From assembly GCA_030167865.1 (NCBI GenBank), contig JALAGF010006593.1, forward strand, positions 1 through 44,100: 44,100 nt of DNA, read 5' to 3'. The notes under the pieces were generated by a model. It was given only the letters and a program-made list of their open reading frames with translations, was not told the origin of the DNA and did no database searches. Source of the stretch: Craspedostauros australis (taxonomy: Eukaryota). The first letter of the stretch is position 1. Each line of letters starts with the position of its first letter. The translations under genes were made by a program, and so were the position numbers. Of this stretch, positions 1 through 12,142 are shown in pieces.

Positions 1-1686
1 TGCACATCGCACCGCATCACAATATGATACATCATATCACTCTCCATGCAACAACAGTTTTGTGTTCACACCAACGATTCTGTGCGAGCACAAGATAGAG
101 TCACGCTCCGGAAATTCAAGAATCGCGAACAAGTCCCAAACGACGGAAGAAAAAAGAACGTTTTGGGATGAATGACCACTGCGACTCNGTTGAAGCGCCA
201 ACGAGCACCGTGGCGTCTGTGCGTTATTCACCTAATAGGTAGCTTTCCCATGAGTTTTAGCCCTCCATAACTCTTAAAAGATAACGCCTTCAAGAGGTAG
301 AAGGTGTTCAATAGAAACTTAACATTGATAGGAAGAGTATTATATGGTTGGATACCCGATCCGTGATGCGACGCCGACTTTACTGTACTATTTTGGCTCA
401 GGCGGGTCTTATCTTTGGGTTCTCCTTTCTCGCGGAAGCCAGAATGTGGACACTTTCCTTCATTGTTGAACCTTCACGCTAATCGGCGTTTTCGGACAAG
501 AAGGAGCGCTTTGCTACTCCCGGCTCAGATCGTAGTTCCGCACCGGAGAGTCCCGTCACATCCGTGCATGCCAGGGGCTGCTACGCCTGAATACTCGCAC
601 GTGCAAATATGATGCGACATAACCGTATGAGGGGACTGCGTCCGCGTACATGTTCCCTCGCAGGAGCATGAGTATCACAACCAGAACGCTTCAATCCGTG
701 CAGTTCGTGGTTTTGTGGCGGCGTTCAACTCTCATGTCAGCGCAAGTCAATGCATGCCAACGCATATCAACGTTGGGGAACATGAGATTCTACGAGTATC
801 GTCTTCTCATGTGGCCTCCCCCAGACACCAAAGAGAGACGAATGTTTGCGTGAGTAAAGAAAATGCCAACACCCAAGCCCCGGCGGCGAGATGAGAAACC
901 ACGACAATTGAACTTGGGGTGTGCCACGTTGAGGAAGTTGGGGATGGCCCACCTTCACAGAGAAGAGGGAAGTGAGCAAGTTGTAGTTGCGGCCAGAGAA
1001 CAGAACATGTGATGTTCTGGGGCGATTTGTTGGTGGCCAAGCCAGAGCAGAGCATCGACGCTGGGGTCCTCGTGGTTATGCATGTGAATCTGGACCATAA
1101 CAGAACGGTCCCAACAAGGATGTCCCATCCCTACCAGTCGCAAAGCGCGAAGTGGGGTCGTCCAGTATGTACGATCTACTCGAGTAACAGTATTTCCATT
1201 GGTGATAACGGTACCGGCAACAGAGCGATCGATGGGAGTGCCACATGTTGGTGGGCAGGAGCGTGGGACAGTGAGATTCGCTGGTGGCTCCAAGAACGTC
1301 ACCGTCGTCGCCGCCACCAGCGACGGTTCCTGATTCCCATTCCAGAATCCATGGCTCTTCTCTTTCTCGGATCCCGGCATTGCATGGTACTCGCCATGAG
1401 CGCTTCAACCTACTTTATTATAATATTTGTTTGCGCATGTTCGAGGCAGATGCCGTTCCTCGGGTCGAACCGCGCGAATAGCCACCCATGGTGTGGAACA
1501 AAGCGGAATGATGATAGCCCCGAAGTGATCTGAGAGCACCCCCCACATGCTCGCACGGTATCGTCACAACATTGCTCTGAATAACAGGATGCAGAACAGA
1601 ATGGAACAGAACAATTGCAGTCGAGTATTGGGACAGCGGATGAAAGCCGGTCCTTATCGCTCGCCGCTCTATCGCTTCGCCGGCAC

Positions 1687-2682
1687 TCAGGATACCAGAT
1701 GCTCTCTCATGAACTTGTGCATGGTGCGGCATCCGCCTCGACAAAGGTTGATGGCCTCGTCGGACATGTCGGGATTGAGACCGCCGGATTGATTCCACAG
1801 GGTGACCTCCTTGTGATTCGGCATCATGGCGAGCACGACGGTGGCGCTGCTTTGGCTGGCTTCTGTCCTTGTTGGATCGGCGAGGCATCGCACGATATCC
1901 TTTTCGTTGGCACCGGCGTTGGCATCACCCTTCTTTTGCTTACTACTACTGCTGCTGCTGTTAGTGCTGTTGGTGCTGTTGATGGTGCTGGAGCTTGCGG
2001 CACGATCTACGAAGGCAACGACGGTGCAGCTGGTGACCATATCTACGACTTCCACGCGAGCCTCCACCAACGCGATGCTGGCCGCGCATATGCAAGCGGA
2101 CAAGCTGGATCCGTCATCCTGCAGCACGGTGACCTGAGTCCGGATGACGCACTTGGGATAGCTGGCAAGCAGAATGGTTGGCTCGATCGCGGACGACACG
2201 TGCGCGGACAGGTCGGTTTCCATGGTGGTGATCTCGGCCCGCAGCTTGCCGAAGGATATCGTCGTCGAATCCAACGGCGTTACGCAGTGCGCTCTTTGCG
2301 ATATGGCGTGCACGCCGACGTTGGGGAGGTACTGCACCTGAACCTGCAGCGTCCCCTCCTCGACGCTGGCGTTCATCTGGGTCGTCGCATCGGTCGTCGT
2401 CAGATCCACCTCCGTCAAGACCTTCGTGTGACCCAGCTCGATGAGCGCGGAGCCGAGCGAATCGGTAACCCCCGTTTCGATGCGCAGCTGTCGCAGGCCG
2501 TGATTTTGCCGCTCTTCTCCATCTCGCAACGATGTATTGCCTGTTGCCTCCGCATTGGTATTGTTGGCGCTGCTGCTGGCATCATCTTTCTCGCCATGGA
2601 TCTTCAGTGGCCGCTTGCCAGAGATGTCGGGAAGCGGCAAAGGAACGTAGCAATTGGTCAACTTCGCGGATGGCCTTGGCAT
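1687..2682 (-). CDS. Exosome complex RNase PH-family subunit (MTR3/EXOSC6-like; RRP41/RRP46 not excluded)
   Basis: 331-aa ATG-started ORF with RNase PH motifs LRQLRIETGV..GSALIELGHTKV, YPKCVIRTQVTVLQDDGSSLSACICAASIALVEA. Subunit assignment by eye only. Confidence 0.8.
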   Translation of the reverse strand: MPRPSAKLTNCYVPLPLPDISGKRPLKIHGEKDDASSSANNTNAEATGNTSLRDGEERQNHGLRQLRIETGVTDSLGSALIELGHTKVLTEVDLTTTDATTQMNASVEEGTLQVQVQYLPNVGVHAISQRAHCVTPLDSTTISFGKLRAEITTMETDLSAHVSSAIEPTILLASYPKCVIRTQVTVLQDDGSSLSACICAASIALVEARVEVVDMVTSCTVVAFVDRAASSSTINSTNSTNSSSSSSKQKKGDANAGANEKDIVRCLADPTRTEASQSSATVVLAMMPNHKEVTLWNQSGGLNPDMSDEAINLCRGGCRTMHKFMREHLVS

Positions 2683-3155
2683 CTTGGAATTCTTCGTTCG
2701 GCAGGCAGCAACTACTATGTTATACGATTATATCGTATTCTATAATACTCCACACGATTTCGTTTGGCTCGGTCTTCTGCCTTGGTTGGTGTTGCACCTG
2801 GATGCGGGTCTTCCAGTTGGGATGCTTTGGCTGAACAATAGGTCGTAGCAGTACTGCTCCTCTCGGCTGATGGCTACTGAATCGTTTCTGTTCGTTGGCG
2901 TTTGTCAGTGGTGTGGTTGGAGATGGGGTGAAACCGCGGTCTGTCGGTCGACCGTCGTATCCAAACAACCAACCAACAGAAAACACAACGAAACGAAACG
3001 AATACAAGGATGGGACGGATAGCGACCATGGCCGAAGATGGCGGCAAATGCAACGCGACCTCCCGTTCCCACACTCTCGCTGCTCTGTTGTGTTGCCTTG
3101 GTGCCATACAATACATAGTCGTATTATGCAACACACATCGCACTCAACAACCAAC

Positions 3156-3200
3156 AGAGTCAATAGAGTGAATACAGTGAATTGAGTGAATTGAGTGAAT
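3156..3200 (+). repeat. Five imperfect tandem copies of a 9-bp unit (consensus WGAGTGAAT) just upstream of the U1-C ATG
   Basis: agagtcaat-agagtgaat-acagtgaat-tgagtgaat-tgagtgaat, read directly from the sequence. Confidence 0.85.
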
Positions 3201-3214
3201 AGAGACGGTTGAAG

Positions 3215-3907
3215 ATGCCGCGGTTCTTCGATGACTACTCCAACACGTACCTGACGCATGACAGCGCAGCAGGACGCAAGCAGCAGCGACGAGGATGGAA
3301 GTTCCGCGAGAACTTCAAGCTGCATTACAACGACCGCATCCAGGACTGGCGCAAGGGATCGATGGGGCTGGCATCCGCGCAGCAGGCGTACGTGCGGGCC
3401 AGAGGCAAGGAGGACCCCATGATCCCGCCATTGCCGGACGGCTGGGTGGAAGATGTGGATGAGGTCACCTCCATGACCTTCTACAGCAACGAGGAGACCG
3501 GCGAACGCACGTGGGTCCGCCCCGGATTCATCCCACCTCCACCACCGGGTCGCGGCGGCGGGGGCTTCCGCTCGCGATCGCACCATCCCAACTTTCACAA
3601 CAACCGAGGACCACCGCAGAACTTCGGGAACCGACAGCAGCACCATCAGCCGCAGCACCATCAGCCGCAGCAACAGCAGTTTGGAGCCGCACCGCCACGA
3701 CACCACCATGTGCCGCCGCCGCATCATGCGCAGCACCATCAGCCACCACGGTTCGGTGCTGGTCCGCCGCCTCCGCCCAACATGGCACAGGGACCGCCGC
3801 CGCCGCCACCATTCATGCAGCAGGCTGGGCCACCTCCGCCCTTCATGGGTGGCCCGCCACCAACGGGTATGCCGCCGCAGCATGGTGGCTACAGGCCGCA
3901 TCCATAA
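3215..3907 (+). CDS. SNRPC: U1 snRNP protein C (U1-C)-like protein with degenerate zinc finger, WW domain and Pro/His/Gln-rich tail
   Basis: ATG at 3215 (the track's 3209 start is TTG). N-terminus [38 protein letters not shown] aligns without gaps to U1-C (human [38 protein letters not shown], from memory). WW domain [31 protein letters not shown] at 3431-3523. Proline-rich C-terminus as in U1-C. Confidence 0.85.
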   Translation: MPRFFDDYSNTYLTHDSAAGRKQQRRGWKFRENFKLHYNDRIQDWRKGSMGLASAQQAYVRARGKEDPMIPPLPDGWVEDVDEVTSMTFYSNEETGERTWVRPGFIPPPPPGRGGGGFRSRSHHPNFHNNRGPPQNFGNRQQHHQPQHHQPQQQQFGAAPPRHHHVPPPHHAQHHQPPRFGAGPPPPPNMAQGPPPPPPFMQQAGPPPPFMGGPPPTGMPPQHGGYRPHP

Positions 3908-4224
3908 ACTGTCCATGGTGATGGTGATGGCCATCGGCGCATGGTGTTGGCGATTGAGGATGTGTGGATGGCTTCGTAGCAGTAGCCGAGTGTAAATGCA
4001 CCTGTAACCTCCATGCAGAGTCGTATCGATGTTCGTTGCTACATGGTACCACAGGTCTGTTCACCCTCTCGAGTTGTGCCAGCGATCAACACGTGGCACC
4101 CAATGTTTGCAGAGGAGCATTGACATGTAGAATATGGTATAATGGATGATGATAGAACCATGATGTAGGACTGGCAATCAACTATTCTATAACATAGTAT
4201 ATACTAGACAAGAGTACTGCTCCA

Positions 4225-6568
4225 TTACAATTCGATTTGCTCCACTCTCGTGATGTTGGCAGTTCCGTCGATGCTGTCGAAAGGGTAATCAGGTAGCGGA
4301 TTCGGCACCACGTAAATGTACAGCGCCAGCCAGTGGAAGATGCTGCCCGACAGCACGAAGATGTGCCAGATGGCATGGTCCAGGTTGTTGTTGCGAACGA
4401 AGAACGGAACGCCCGCGGTGTATCCGACGCCTCCTAGTATCAGCAGGTTGATCCCGCCCGGTTGCAGCCGTCCCATCAACTGTGGCAGGCAAAATAGCGC
4501 GAGCCAGCCCATGCCAAGGTACATGGCCAGCGAGAAGCGCCCCCGATGCTGCCACGTCGGGCAGAAGGTCTCCACTCCGATGCCCAGGATGCACAGCAGC
4601 CAAAGGAACACCAAGAAGTAGTTGGCGTACATGGGGATGTCGTTCAGCATGATCTGGAGGAACGGGGTGTAGCTGCCGGCGATCAGGATGTAGATGGCGC
4701 ACTTGTCCATCGCTTCGAAGATGTACTTGGTGGCCTGCATCGAAAAGAAGGAGTGATAGAGCGTGGAGCTGGTGTACAGAACGATCAGGCTCGTGCTGTA
4801 GATGGCACACGTGACGGTGTGGGTGCGCGAGATGGGGTTGGCACGGTTCGCCATCAATATGCCGCCAAGGAAGCTAAGCAAAACTCCAAGACCGTGCGTG
4901 CAGCCGTTCATGATCTGACCAAATCAGCATCGTTGGAAGAGAATGTGCAATCGCGTGAGGATGAAAGTGAGGATGAGATTGCCAAATTCAACATGCAGCA
5001 CTCGCATGGTGCAAGTGCACAAGATCAATGCCAGCCAACTGGGAATGTAGAATGCAAAGACTTGTCTCCTCCAACGCACTACTATACTCTATGCACCTTC
5101 GTCTTGCCATCGTTGTATGCTCATCACTTACCTCGGGGAACACCAGATTGCCCTCCAAATCGACGTTGATGATGCTTGCAACAACCGCAGCATTATCCCC
5201 GCCGTTTGCCAATGTTCCCGCCATGCGCATGTTGAGCGCATGCTCGATGGCCAACTTCCCACGGTATCCCACGCCATTCGCACTCAAATCCACCTCCGTG
5301 AGACCCTTCAGTTTGTCGGGCGACGCCATGAGTTCTGCCAAGACCAAGGCTCCACGTTCGCGAATGCGGCAACGTCGCAAGCACAGCACTTGGATCGTCG
5401 CATTCGTCGAACATGCCAGGAACAGGGCGGATGCGCCGAACGGGCCGATCTTGTGCCGCGGCAAGTAGACTTGTCGGATGTGCTGGCTGGTCTGCAACAC
5501 CTTGGATAACGCCAATGCGCCGTGACTCGTGAAGCCCTTCTTGCGATGCAATCTGCCCTCGCGGCTGGCGACGCCAAAATCGAGACGATGGATGAACCGC
5601 AATGACGTGTTGCAATGCTTCAGCAGGACTTCCACCAACGCCAGCATGTCGGCATCGTGGAATGCACCCGTGACGCGCAGGCACGGCATTCCGAAGCGTA
5701 TGGTGGCCATGATGCCGGCGTTGATGCGATCACGGCATCCGTAGATGGCGCACGCGGCCGTGTACTCGGCGAGGATCTGCTCCATCTTCGCCGGAGGCAA
5801 CGGTGATGACGCGGAGGAGATGTTGGAATTCATCATCGGGATGGAGACCAGCGGCGAGATATGCGAACCACGCGATTGCTGTTGCAGATGCTGTCGGTTG
5901 GCCTGTTCCTGCCGGCGTCGACGGTGCTGCTGTTGCAAGGCCTGCAGATTGTACATGTCCGACGGGTCCATGTCCTCGTCATCATCAACCGGCGCCATCA
6001 TGGCCGCCATAGTCGTTGATGTTGTTGCTCCTGCTCCTGCTGCCGCTGACGGCGTCGCCGCAGCGCCTGTATCCGCATCCGCCCTTCCATCCGTCATCAA
6101 TTCGAAGAGGTCATCATTGTTGGATCCGCACTGTCGGCAGCTCAGTCCCGAAAGACATGACATGAATTTGGAGGACAGACCTGCCATGCGGCGTGGGTTC
6201 CGCTCCTGCTGCCCCTCGAACGGAACGGAGTATGCTCCATCACCATTGGGAAAGTTTGGTGCAAGCTGTTCACCGACATTAACGTTGGCATTAACGTTGG
6301 TATCAGCATTGGCATCAACCATACCTGTGTTGGCATCACCTCCATCATTTCCAACGGACGCGAGTTGTCCATTCAGATCTTCGTCACTTTTCATGGTCGA
6401 GAGTGGAGGCGTTGGGTCCTGATCGATGATCCCCTCCACCACCTGGTTCTCGTCGCCCAGTGATCCAGTCTGTTCGGCGCCATCCACCGCGTGGACCACA
6501 TTGTCAATCTTTTCTTTCTTGTCATTCTTGTCATTCTTGCCGTTGTTGCTGGCACCGCTTTCAGCCAT
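4225..6568 (-). CDS. RNI-like leucine-rich-repeat / haemolysin III (PAQR) fusion membrane protein, 2 exons, 708 aa
   Basis: Exons 6568-5132 and 4914-4225; intron 5131-4915 (GTAAGT...CAG). The join is in frame and rebuilds the PAQR ExxNxxTH motif (FPE|IMNGCTHG). Also SSTLYH, IAGSYTP, HAIWHIFV and about 7 TM helices. Exon 1 has LRR-like units (LCLRRCRIRERGALVLAE, VDLSANGVG, VDLEGN). Confidence 0.85.
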
Positions 6569-7104
6569 CTTGTCTCAATCACTTGACGTCTCTCGCTCTC
6601 TCTTTCTCAGATTGTGTCTCCTCGCACTTCGGCGAATTGAGGAATGAATGTCGCCAATGAAGCCAATCAGCACCCGTACTGGCACATGTATGGCCTGTTA
6701 GTGCGATTCGAACGGATCTTCTTTCCCCTCTTTGTGTTCCATGATGGAGGTGTCAGCCACAGATTGATGTTGGCAGAATCGAAACATCAAGGGTGAACCA
6801 AGGGCAAGACTTGTGTCACGATTGTTCTTGTCATGGGATTAATCTATCTAAACGTATCTAGATATAGAGACAACCCACCCGAAGAAACAAATCATCCCGC
6901 ACATGTCCATCATTTCGTGTGGTGACGACCAGATCAACTATCCTTCTGTCATGCTATGAAATGTATTACATGTATCAGTAAGCTAGTTTACGTATTGTTG
7001 TATATGGAAGAGTGCTATTGTACGAGCTATTGTTGTGCTGACGGACCAGGCACCTGTAACTTACGTCGTACGTTGCATCCACCAAACGGCCAATCGAACC
7101 GCGC

Positions 7105-7881
7105 TCAGTGATGCCCCATGACGGAATCAATGACGAGCGAGAAGGCGGCGAATCCACCACACCCCATCGCGGCGGCCTGCGGACCGGACTTGGCCTGCAG
7201 AGCGCCGCCCGTCACGCAGCCGCTGATGACGGAGTTCCACACATCCGTCTTGCCACGGTACTTCTCCACAAGGCATTCGGATCCACCAAAGACGCCCGTG
7301 ATGAAGGCAAAGTTGCGACACCAGTACAGGGACTTGTCGGCGGTGGCGCGCATGGTCGTGCGCAGCTGTTCGCGGAAGGGTGCCTGCGGGACGTCCTTGC
7401 CGCCGATGACCTGCACGGGCGGCGCCGAATCGGACATGGCGCCGAGGAACACGCCCATGAGCAACCCCATGACGCCACCGCCGAAGACACCGATGGCCGC
7501 CTTGCCGCCGCAGCTGTTCGTGACCCAGGAAAAGTCGGGCGGGACTTCGGAGGGACCCGCGCTGGGATGCCATGGCAGGAAGTAGGGCAGGGATTTGCGG
7601 GAGAGGTTGTCGATTCCAAATTCGTTGTCGCTCCTGGTTGGGACGGGTTTGTGCATGGCGGCCTCCGCGGTGTACCGTGCCGAAGTTAGAGGATGCTTCG
7701 ACATGATCATTTCAAAGATCGTTGGTTGCAAGCCGATCCTGCTGCCAACATTCGTGCTCGCACTGTTGTTGGACATCGACGTGGGCGTCAGCGGGTGATC
7801 TTCTGTCGTGGATGGATTCTCTGGTGATGCGGCCTGAATCGCCGCTGGCGGGGTTGGAGTCGGATCGTCTTGGTTCTGCAT
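7105..7881 (-). CDS. TIM22: Mitochondrial inner membrane translocase subunit TIM22 (Tim17/22/23 family)
   Basis: NSCGGKAAIGVFGGGVMGLLMGVF, NFAFITGVFGGSECLVEKYRGKTDVWNSVISGCVTGG and GCGGFAAFS; both Tim22-type cysteines are present. Exact start codon uncertain. Confidence 0.9.
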   Translation of the reverse strand: MQNQDDPTPTPPAAIQAASPENPSTTEDHPLTPTSMSNNSASTNVGSRIGLQPTIFEMIMSKHPLTSARYTAEAAMHKPVPTRSDNEFGIDNLSRKSLPYFLPWHPSAGPSEVPPDFSWVTNSCGGKAAIGVFGGGVMGLLMGVFLGAMSDSAPPVQVIGGKDVPQAPFREQLRTTMRATADKSLYWCRNFAFITGVFGGSECLVEKYRGKTDVWNSVISGCVTGGALQAKSGPQAAAMGCGGFAAFSLVIDSVMGHH

Positions 7882-8347
7882 CTTGCAACTTGGGAGTGTC
7901 CTGCGACAGAGTGAAAATTGATGATGGATGTTGCTTTCTCAGCCCGCAGTCCGATCTCCTCGTATCTTGACCACAAAAGGAGATGGAGCCCTGCAATCAA
8001 GTTGATCTTTTTCTTCTTCTTCTTCGATTCTATCGTGACGGATGCAAGATACGACGCAAAGGCTCACGGATGGAGCATACGCAAGATGTCCTGAATTCTG
8101 CGCAGAGATGATTCTATTTGGAGGGGTCTTTGTGCGGAGGTTATTAGTGGCGTCAATGGTGTTGATGTGGGTTGTGGTTTCGGTTGTTGTTGTGGTTGGA
8201 GCGGGCTGCGTGTGATCCATCAAATCAGGTGTCAGTGTCCATTCACGAGGATACAAGACTGGAGGCCGCAGGACGATTCTCATCGACGCGTCGTCCAGCA
8301 AACGCTACGTCCGATTTGATTCTGAGAACGTCCCCCATTCACAGCAT

Positions 8348-8368
8348 CAGGAGAGAGAGAGAGAGAGG
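8348..8368. repeat. (GA)n microsatellite; a (CATC)n tract lies nearby at about 8547-8573
   Basis: Read directly from the sequence. Confidence 0.8.
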
Positions 8369-8629
8369 ATGTCAATGACATACCGCCACAGCCACGACAA
8401 TAGGACGGTGCTGTTGCTACATACTTCTTCATGAATTGGACATCTTCTAGTCTTACAGTTGCAAAAATGTGGCACTCCTCTGATATATAATAACATGCTG
8501 TTGCGAGTTCTGATGAGATTGGTCAAGCGTTGCCGTGGGAGTTTAACATCCATCCATCCATCCATCCATCCATGCCGCCGCTCATGAATTCAACTGCCCG
8601 CTGATCCAGCCGCTCACCCATCCAACTGT

Positions 8630-10449
8630 TCACGCGGCGATCTCAGATTCCGCTTGAGATGCTGTCGTCGTGGGATTGTTAGAATTGTTGTCAGCGTCAG
8701 CGTCAGCGGCAGTGTTGTTGTTATTGTCGGCGTTGGTTGCGCTGTCAGTGTTGGATGCGATAGGGTTGGCTGTTGCGCTCTCTTGTTGTCTGGTGGAACG
8801 TAAAGACAGTGGGAGGAAATGCAGAGTGATTGGTGGTTGGGGCAGTTCTGGCGCTTCCACAGGTGCCGTCGACGCTGGCGAACTCAGGAATGCATCATCC
8901 GACAAGGATCGCCATGTTTGGTTGTTGCCACCAGCCACCTCTTCCTCCGCATCGTACGGATCAATGATGAAATCACGGCGACAGCAGGGACACAGCGGTC
9001 CTTCCCGCTGCTTCATGAGCCACTGTTCGATGCAATCTGCATGGAAGACATGTTCGCAGGCACTGTTGGAGCTCCAGACAACATCCGATCCGACCTCGTA
9101 ATCGCAGAGGCAGATGGTGCAAGTCGTGGAGACCAGTCGCTTCTTTCTCTCCTTTTCCTTGTCGACCGTCAGCCCCGGTATTGGAAGCTCGACGAATGTT
9201 TCTGGTTCGCATGCAAAGCATTGCTGGTCGATGGTAATTTTGTGCGGCGCGAGCTGTTGCTGTTCTGCCGAATTTGATGGCGCGTCATCTGCGCCATCTG
9301 TCGCAGCCGTAGCCTCGTTTGACGATGACGACTGCTGTTGGATTTGTTCCCCCGTTTCGATGTCTTGGGCAACCTGAAGGCTCCCTTCGCTCGTTGCTGA
9401 CGATGAGGGGACAGGAGTTGGTTCCTGGATGTTGATTTCCTCCTCCTCGACTTCCTCCTCCTCTTCCAGCCGGCTTTGTTTTGTGGGCGTAACGCCGTTC
9501 GGAAAATGCTCTTCCTTCAAGGTCTGCCATTGCGAATTGTGATGCGGGGTGGAATGCGAATGCCAAAAGTAAATGAACAGAAGGACATCGGGTTGGTTGG
9601 AGTTGTCATGATCGATGCGTTGACGATTCTGCGATGGATGAGGGAAAGCATGAAGGAGAACACATGAGGGCTGATGACCAACAGATGGCGCGCGTGCATC
9701 TCTGTTGTCCGCGCCGCTTTTTGTGTTGGCATGTGGCAAAGAGTTCGGTTCATGCATCAGTGGCGTCGTGCCTCCACTGAGTGTTGACGCGCAATCCCAA
9801 TGCGAGACAGCAGAGTAACACGCCACGATCGGAGACCTTCGTCAATGAACACGACGAACACGATGGAAACGAATGACCACGTCCATCAAGAGATGAAGCA
9901 AGAGATGAGGCAGGCAGACAAGAATGGTGTTCCACGCAACAACACACGACGTACCATCCGAACGGGATCGAAGAGCTGCACAATCCTTGCCCTGCGCTCT
10001 TCCTTGTACTTGCGCCTTGCTGCCCGCGTTTCGTCGCGATTGCGTTCCGACTCTTCCAACGCTGCCGCGATGCCCGCCATCTCCTCCGCTCGTTGCTGAC
10101 GATTGCGACGTTCCTCGTAGTGCAGACGAATGTAGTAGATGACCGGGATGACGAAGCAAAGGCCGAGGACGCAAAGGTACATGATCGTGAGGATGGTCCT
10201 CCCCCGCACTTGCGCCTTCTCATTCGTTTCTTGGAGTCCGCGCAGGAACTGAGATGGTGATGGTGGCATGGGCGATGCCATGGCTGATGGCACCTGTGGC
10301 GATGATGATATTGGCGATGCGGCAGTATCGGTCATGCTGCTGATGGCAATATAGCCGTTGACACTGTCCACGTTATCGATGCCATCGTGGTACTCCTCTG
10401 TTCCAAAGAAGGAGCTCGTTGAGTCGGTTTGCCAGTCAGTGTCGGCCAT
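8630..10449 (-). CDS. Single-pass transmembrane RING-H2 E3 ubiquitin ligase (ATL-like architecture), 2 exons, about 462 aa
   Basis: Exons 10449-9955 and 9523-8630; intron 9954-9524 (GTACGT...CAG) gives in-frame FDPVRM|TLKEEHF. TM helix ILTIMYLCVLGLCFVIPVIYYI. RING-H2 CTICLCDY...CEHVFHADCIEQWL...CPCCR. Start ATG inferred. Confidence 0.75.
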
Positions 10450-10583
10450 CGTGGTCGTTGTTGTTCCAATTGGGCTCCTGCCTCTGCTTGCTGGTGGATG
10501 GATGTGCTCGTACTGCAATGTCACGCGCAAGTGATGAGAAATGGATGTTGTGTGCGATTGTCAGTTGCTTCCTCCTTCACTCC

Positions 10584-10641
10584 ACTTTGCTCGCACTTGA
10601 CTTTACTCGCACTTGACTTTACTCGTACTTTACTTGACTTG
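10584..10641. repeat. Degenerate tandem array of ACTTG/ACTTT/ACTCG-like units upstream of the RING gene
   Basis: actttgctcgcacttgactttactcgcacttgactttactcgtactttacttgacttg, read directly. Confidence 0.7.
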
Positions 10642-12142
10642 GTGTGACGTGTTGTGATGTGATGTATTGTAGGTATTGTGATGTGATGCGAGGTTGGTTT
10701 TCTCTGTTGCCATCAGCACAGACACTCGGTGTGGGAGAAGGATTGCGTTCTCTTTGGTTGCTTTCGCTTTCGTCTTCGCCGACATGCCCGTGCGTGCATG
10801 TGAGTTGTTCTATTGTTGTGCGCCTGCTGTCTCTGTCTGCGCACGACCTATTGGTACGAGCTATGCGTATCTAGTGCTCTGTCTCTCTACTGAACTATTG
10901 AAAATGGATGGTGTGGGTATGTCAGCACACGCTTGTCGCGTTTCTGCGCTATGTTGTCTGTCTCGTTTCTTGTTCTGCGGTTGTTCGGCTCTCTCTCTCT
11001 CGCTCTCTTGGTTGTGGTGATGTCTTGCCTCCTCGGTCGTTCGCGTCCACGCGCCTCGGGGATCGGAGATCTTCGTGGAACTCCATCGCCGTGGGCGCCA
11101 CAAATCGAGCACGACAGACACGCCTCCTCCGCCCACCAGGATCACCGTTCTGGGCAGGCTTCTGTGCTCTTTTCCGCCAAGACTGCTCATGCCGTGCAAT
11201 CATGTCACGCAAACACTCGAACAAGTGCATCTCTGTGTGGAAGTCACTCCACCATCGTGCTTGGGTTGGTTGCCCCCACCAAGAACACGAGTTTTTCTCC
11301 CTCGCTCTTCCCACTTCGCTTCGGTTTTGTCTTTGTTCCTTTGCGCGCATTTCTGTGCGCGATCGTGTATTCTTCCTTTCGATTCTGTGTTGTGTTCTGT
11401 CTGATGGCTATTCCCGGATGGACACGCACATTTCTCGTTCGACTTAAGCTCGCCATGTCGCAGGGACTTGTTCACGCCGATGTGTTTCCATTCGTGCAAA
11501 ACTTGTGTCTTGGATTGATCGATTACTTCGATTCAAATGTCGAATGGTGACTCACATCTGAATGAACAGACAAAGGAACAGGAGAACACATGGAGAAATA
11601 TCAATTGCGTCATGTCTCTGGGGACTGACGCAGTTGTGCGTACCACATCATTTTTCGAGGAAATTCGACTGTGCGGAGCATTCGAGGGAATCGACGTGTT
11701 TCAAATCATGTTTCCATGTCTTGACGGGGTATCTTCTCTTTGTCGATGCGACATGACGCCACGTTGCGGACGCACATCGGTCCATGTCGCAGACAGATTG
11801 AAGGGAATCTTTGGTGTCTGTCTTCGTGATGTGCGCGGCGCGGCTGAAGTGATGAGGCGAAATTTCGCGGTGCATCCATCAATCATTGGCCGTTTCCATT
11901 GGATGTGTGGTGACACCAGCGGTGTCAACCAGAAGCGGCCGATGTGCCTCGTCTTCTTGGGGTGGAACAACGGGAAGAGGAGAGAGAGGAACGCAGTCCA
12001 ATTGTCGTTGAGTTGCAACAAGCGCGGCGAAATACTCGCGCCAATCCCCTTCCTTTTTGGCATTGCAGTCGCATTCGGACAACCTCGCCACATCACAAGT
12101 CACAAATCACAGACAGAAACCGAAGCAATCCAATCCGCCACG

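Noticed and set aside
1..1533. Short ORFs in the first 1.5 kb (e.g. 955-1380 minus, 1009-1533 plus)
   Set aside because: No recognisable motifs or coding-like composition. A degraded gene or TE remnant cannot be excluded, but nothing is supportable by eye.
1615..3934. Long ORFs 1615-2745 (+) and 2720-3934 (-)
   Set aside because: Antisense shadows of the exosome subunit and U1-C genes in GC-rich coding DNA.
11537..12142. N-terminal 200 aa of the 330-aa ORF 11537-12529
   Set aside because: The signal peptide starts at ATG 12143; the upstream part has no protein-like features and is probably promoter or UTR.
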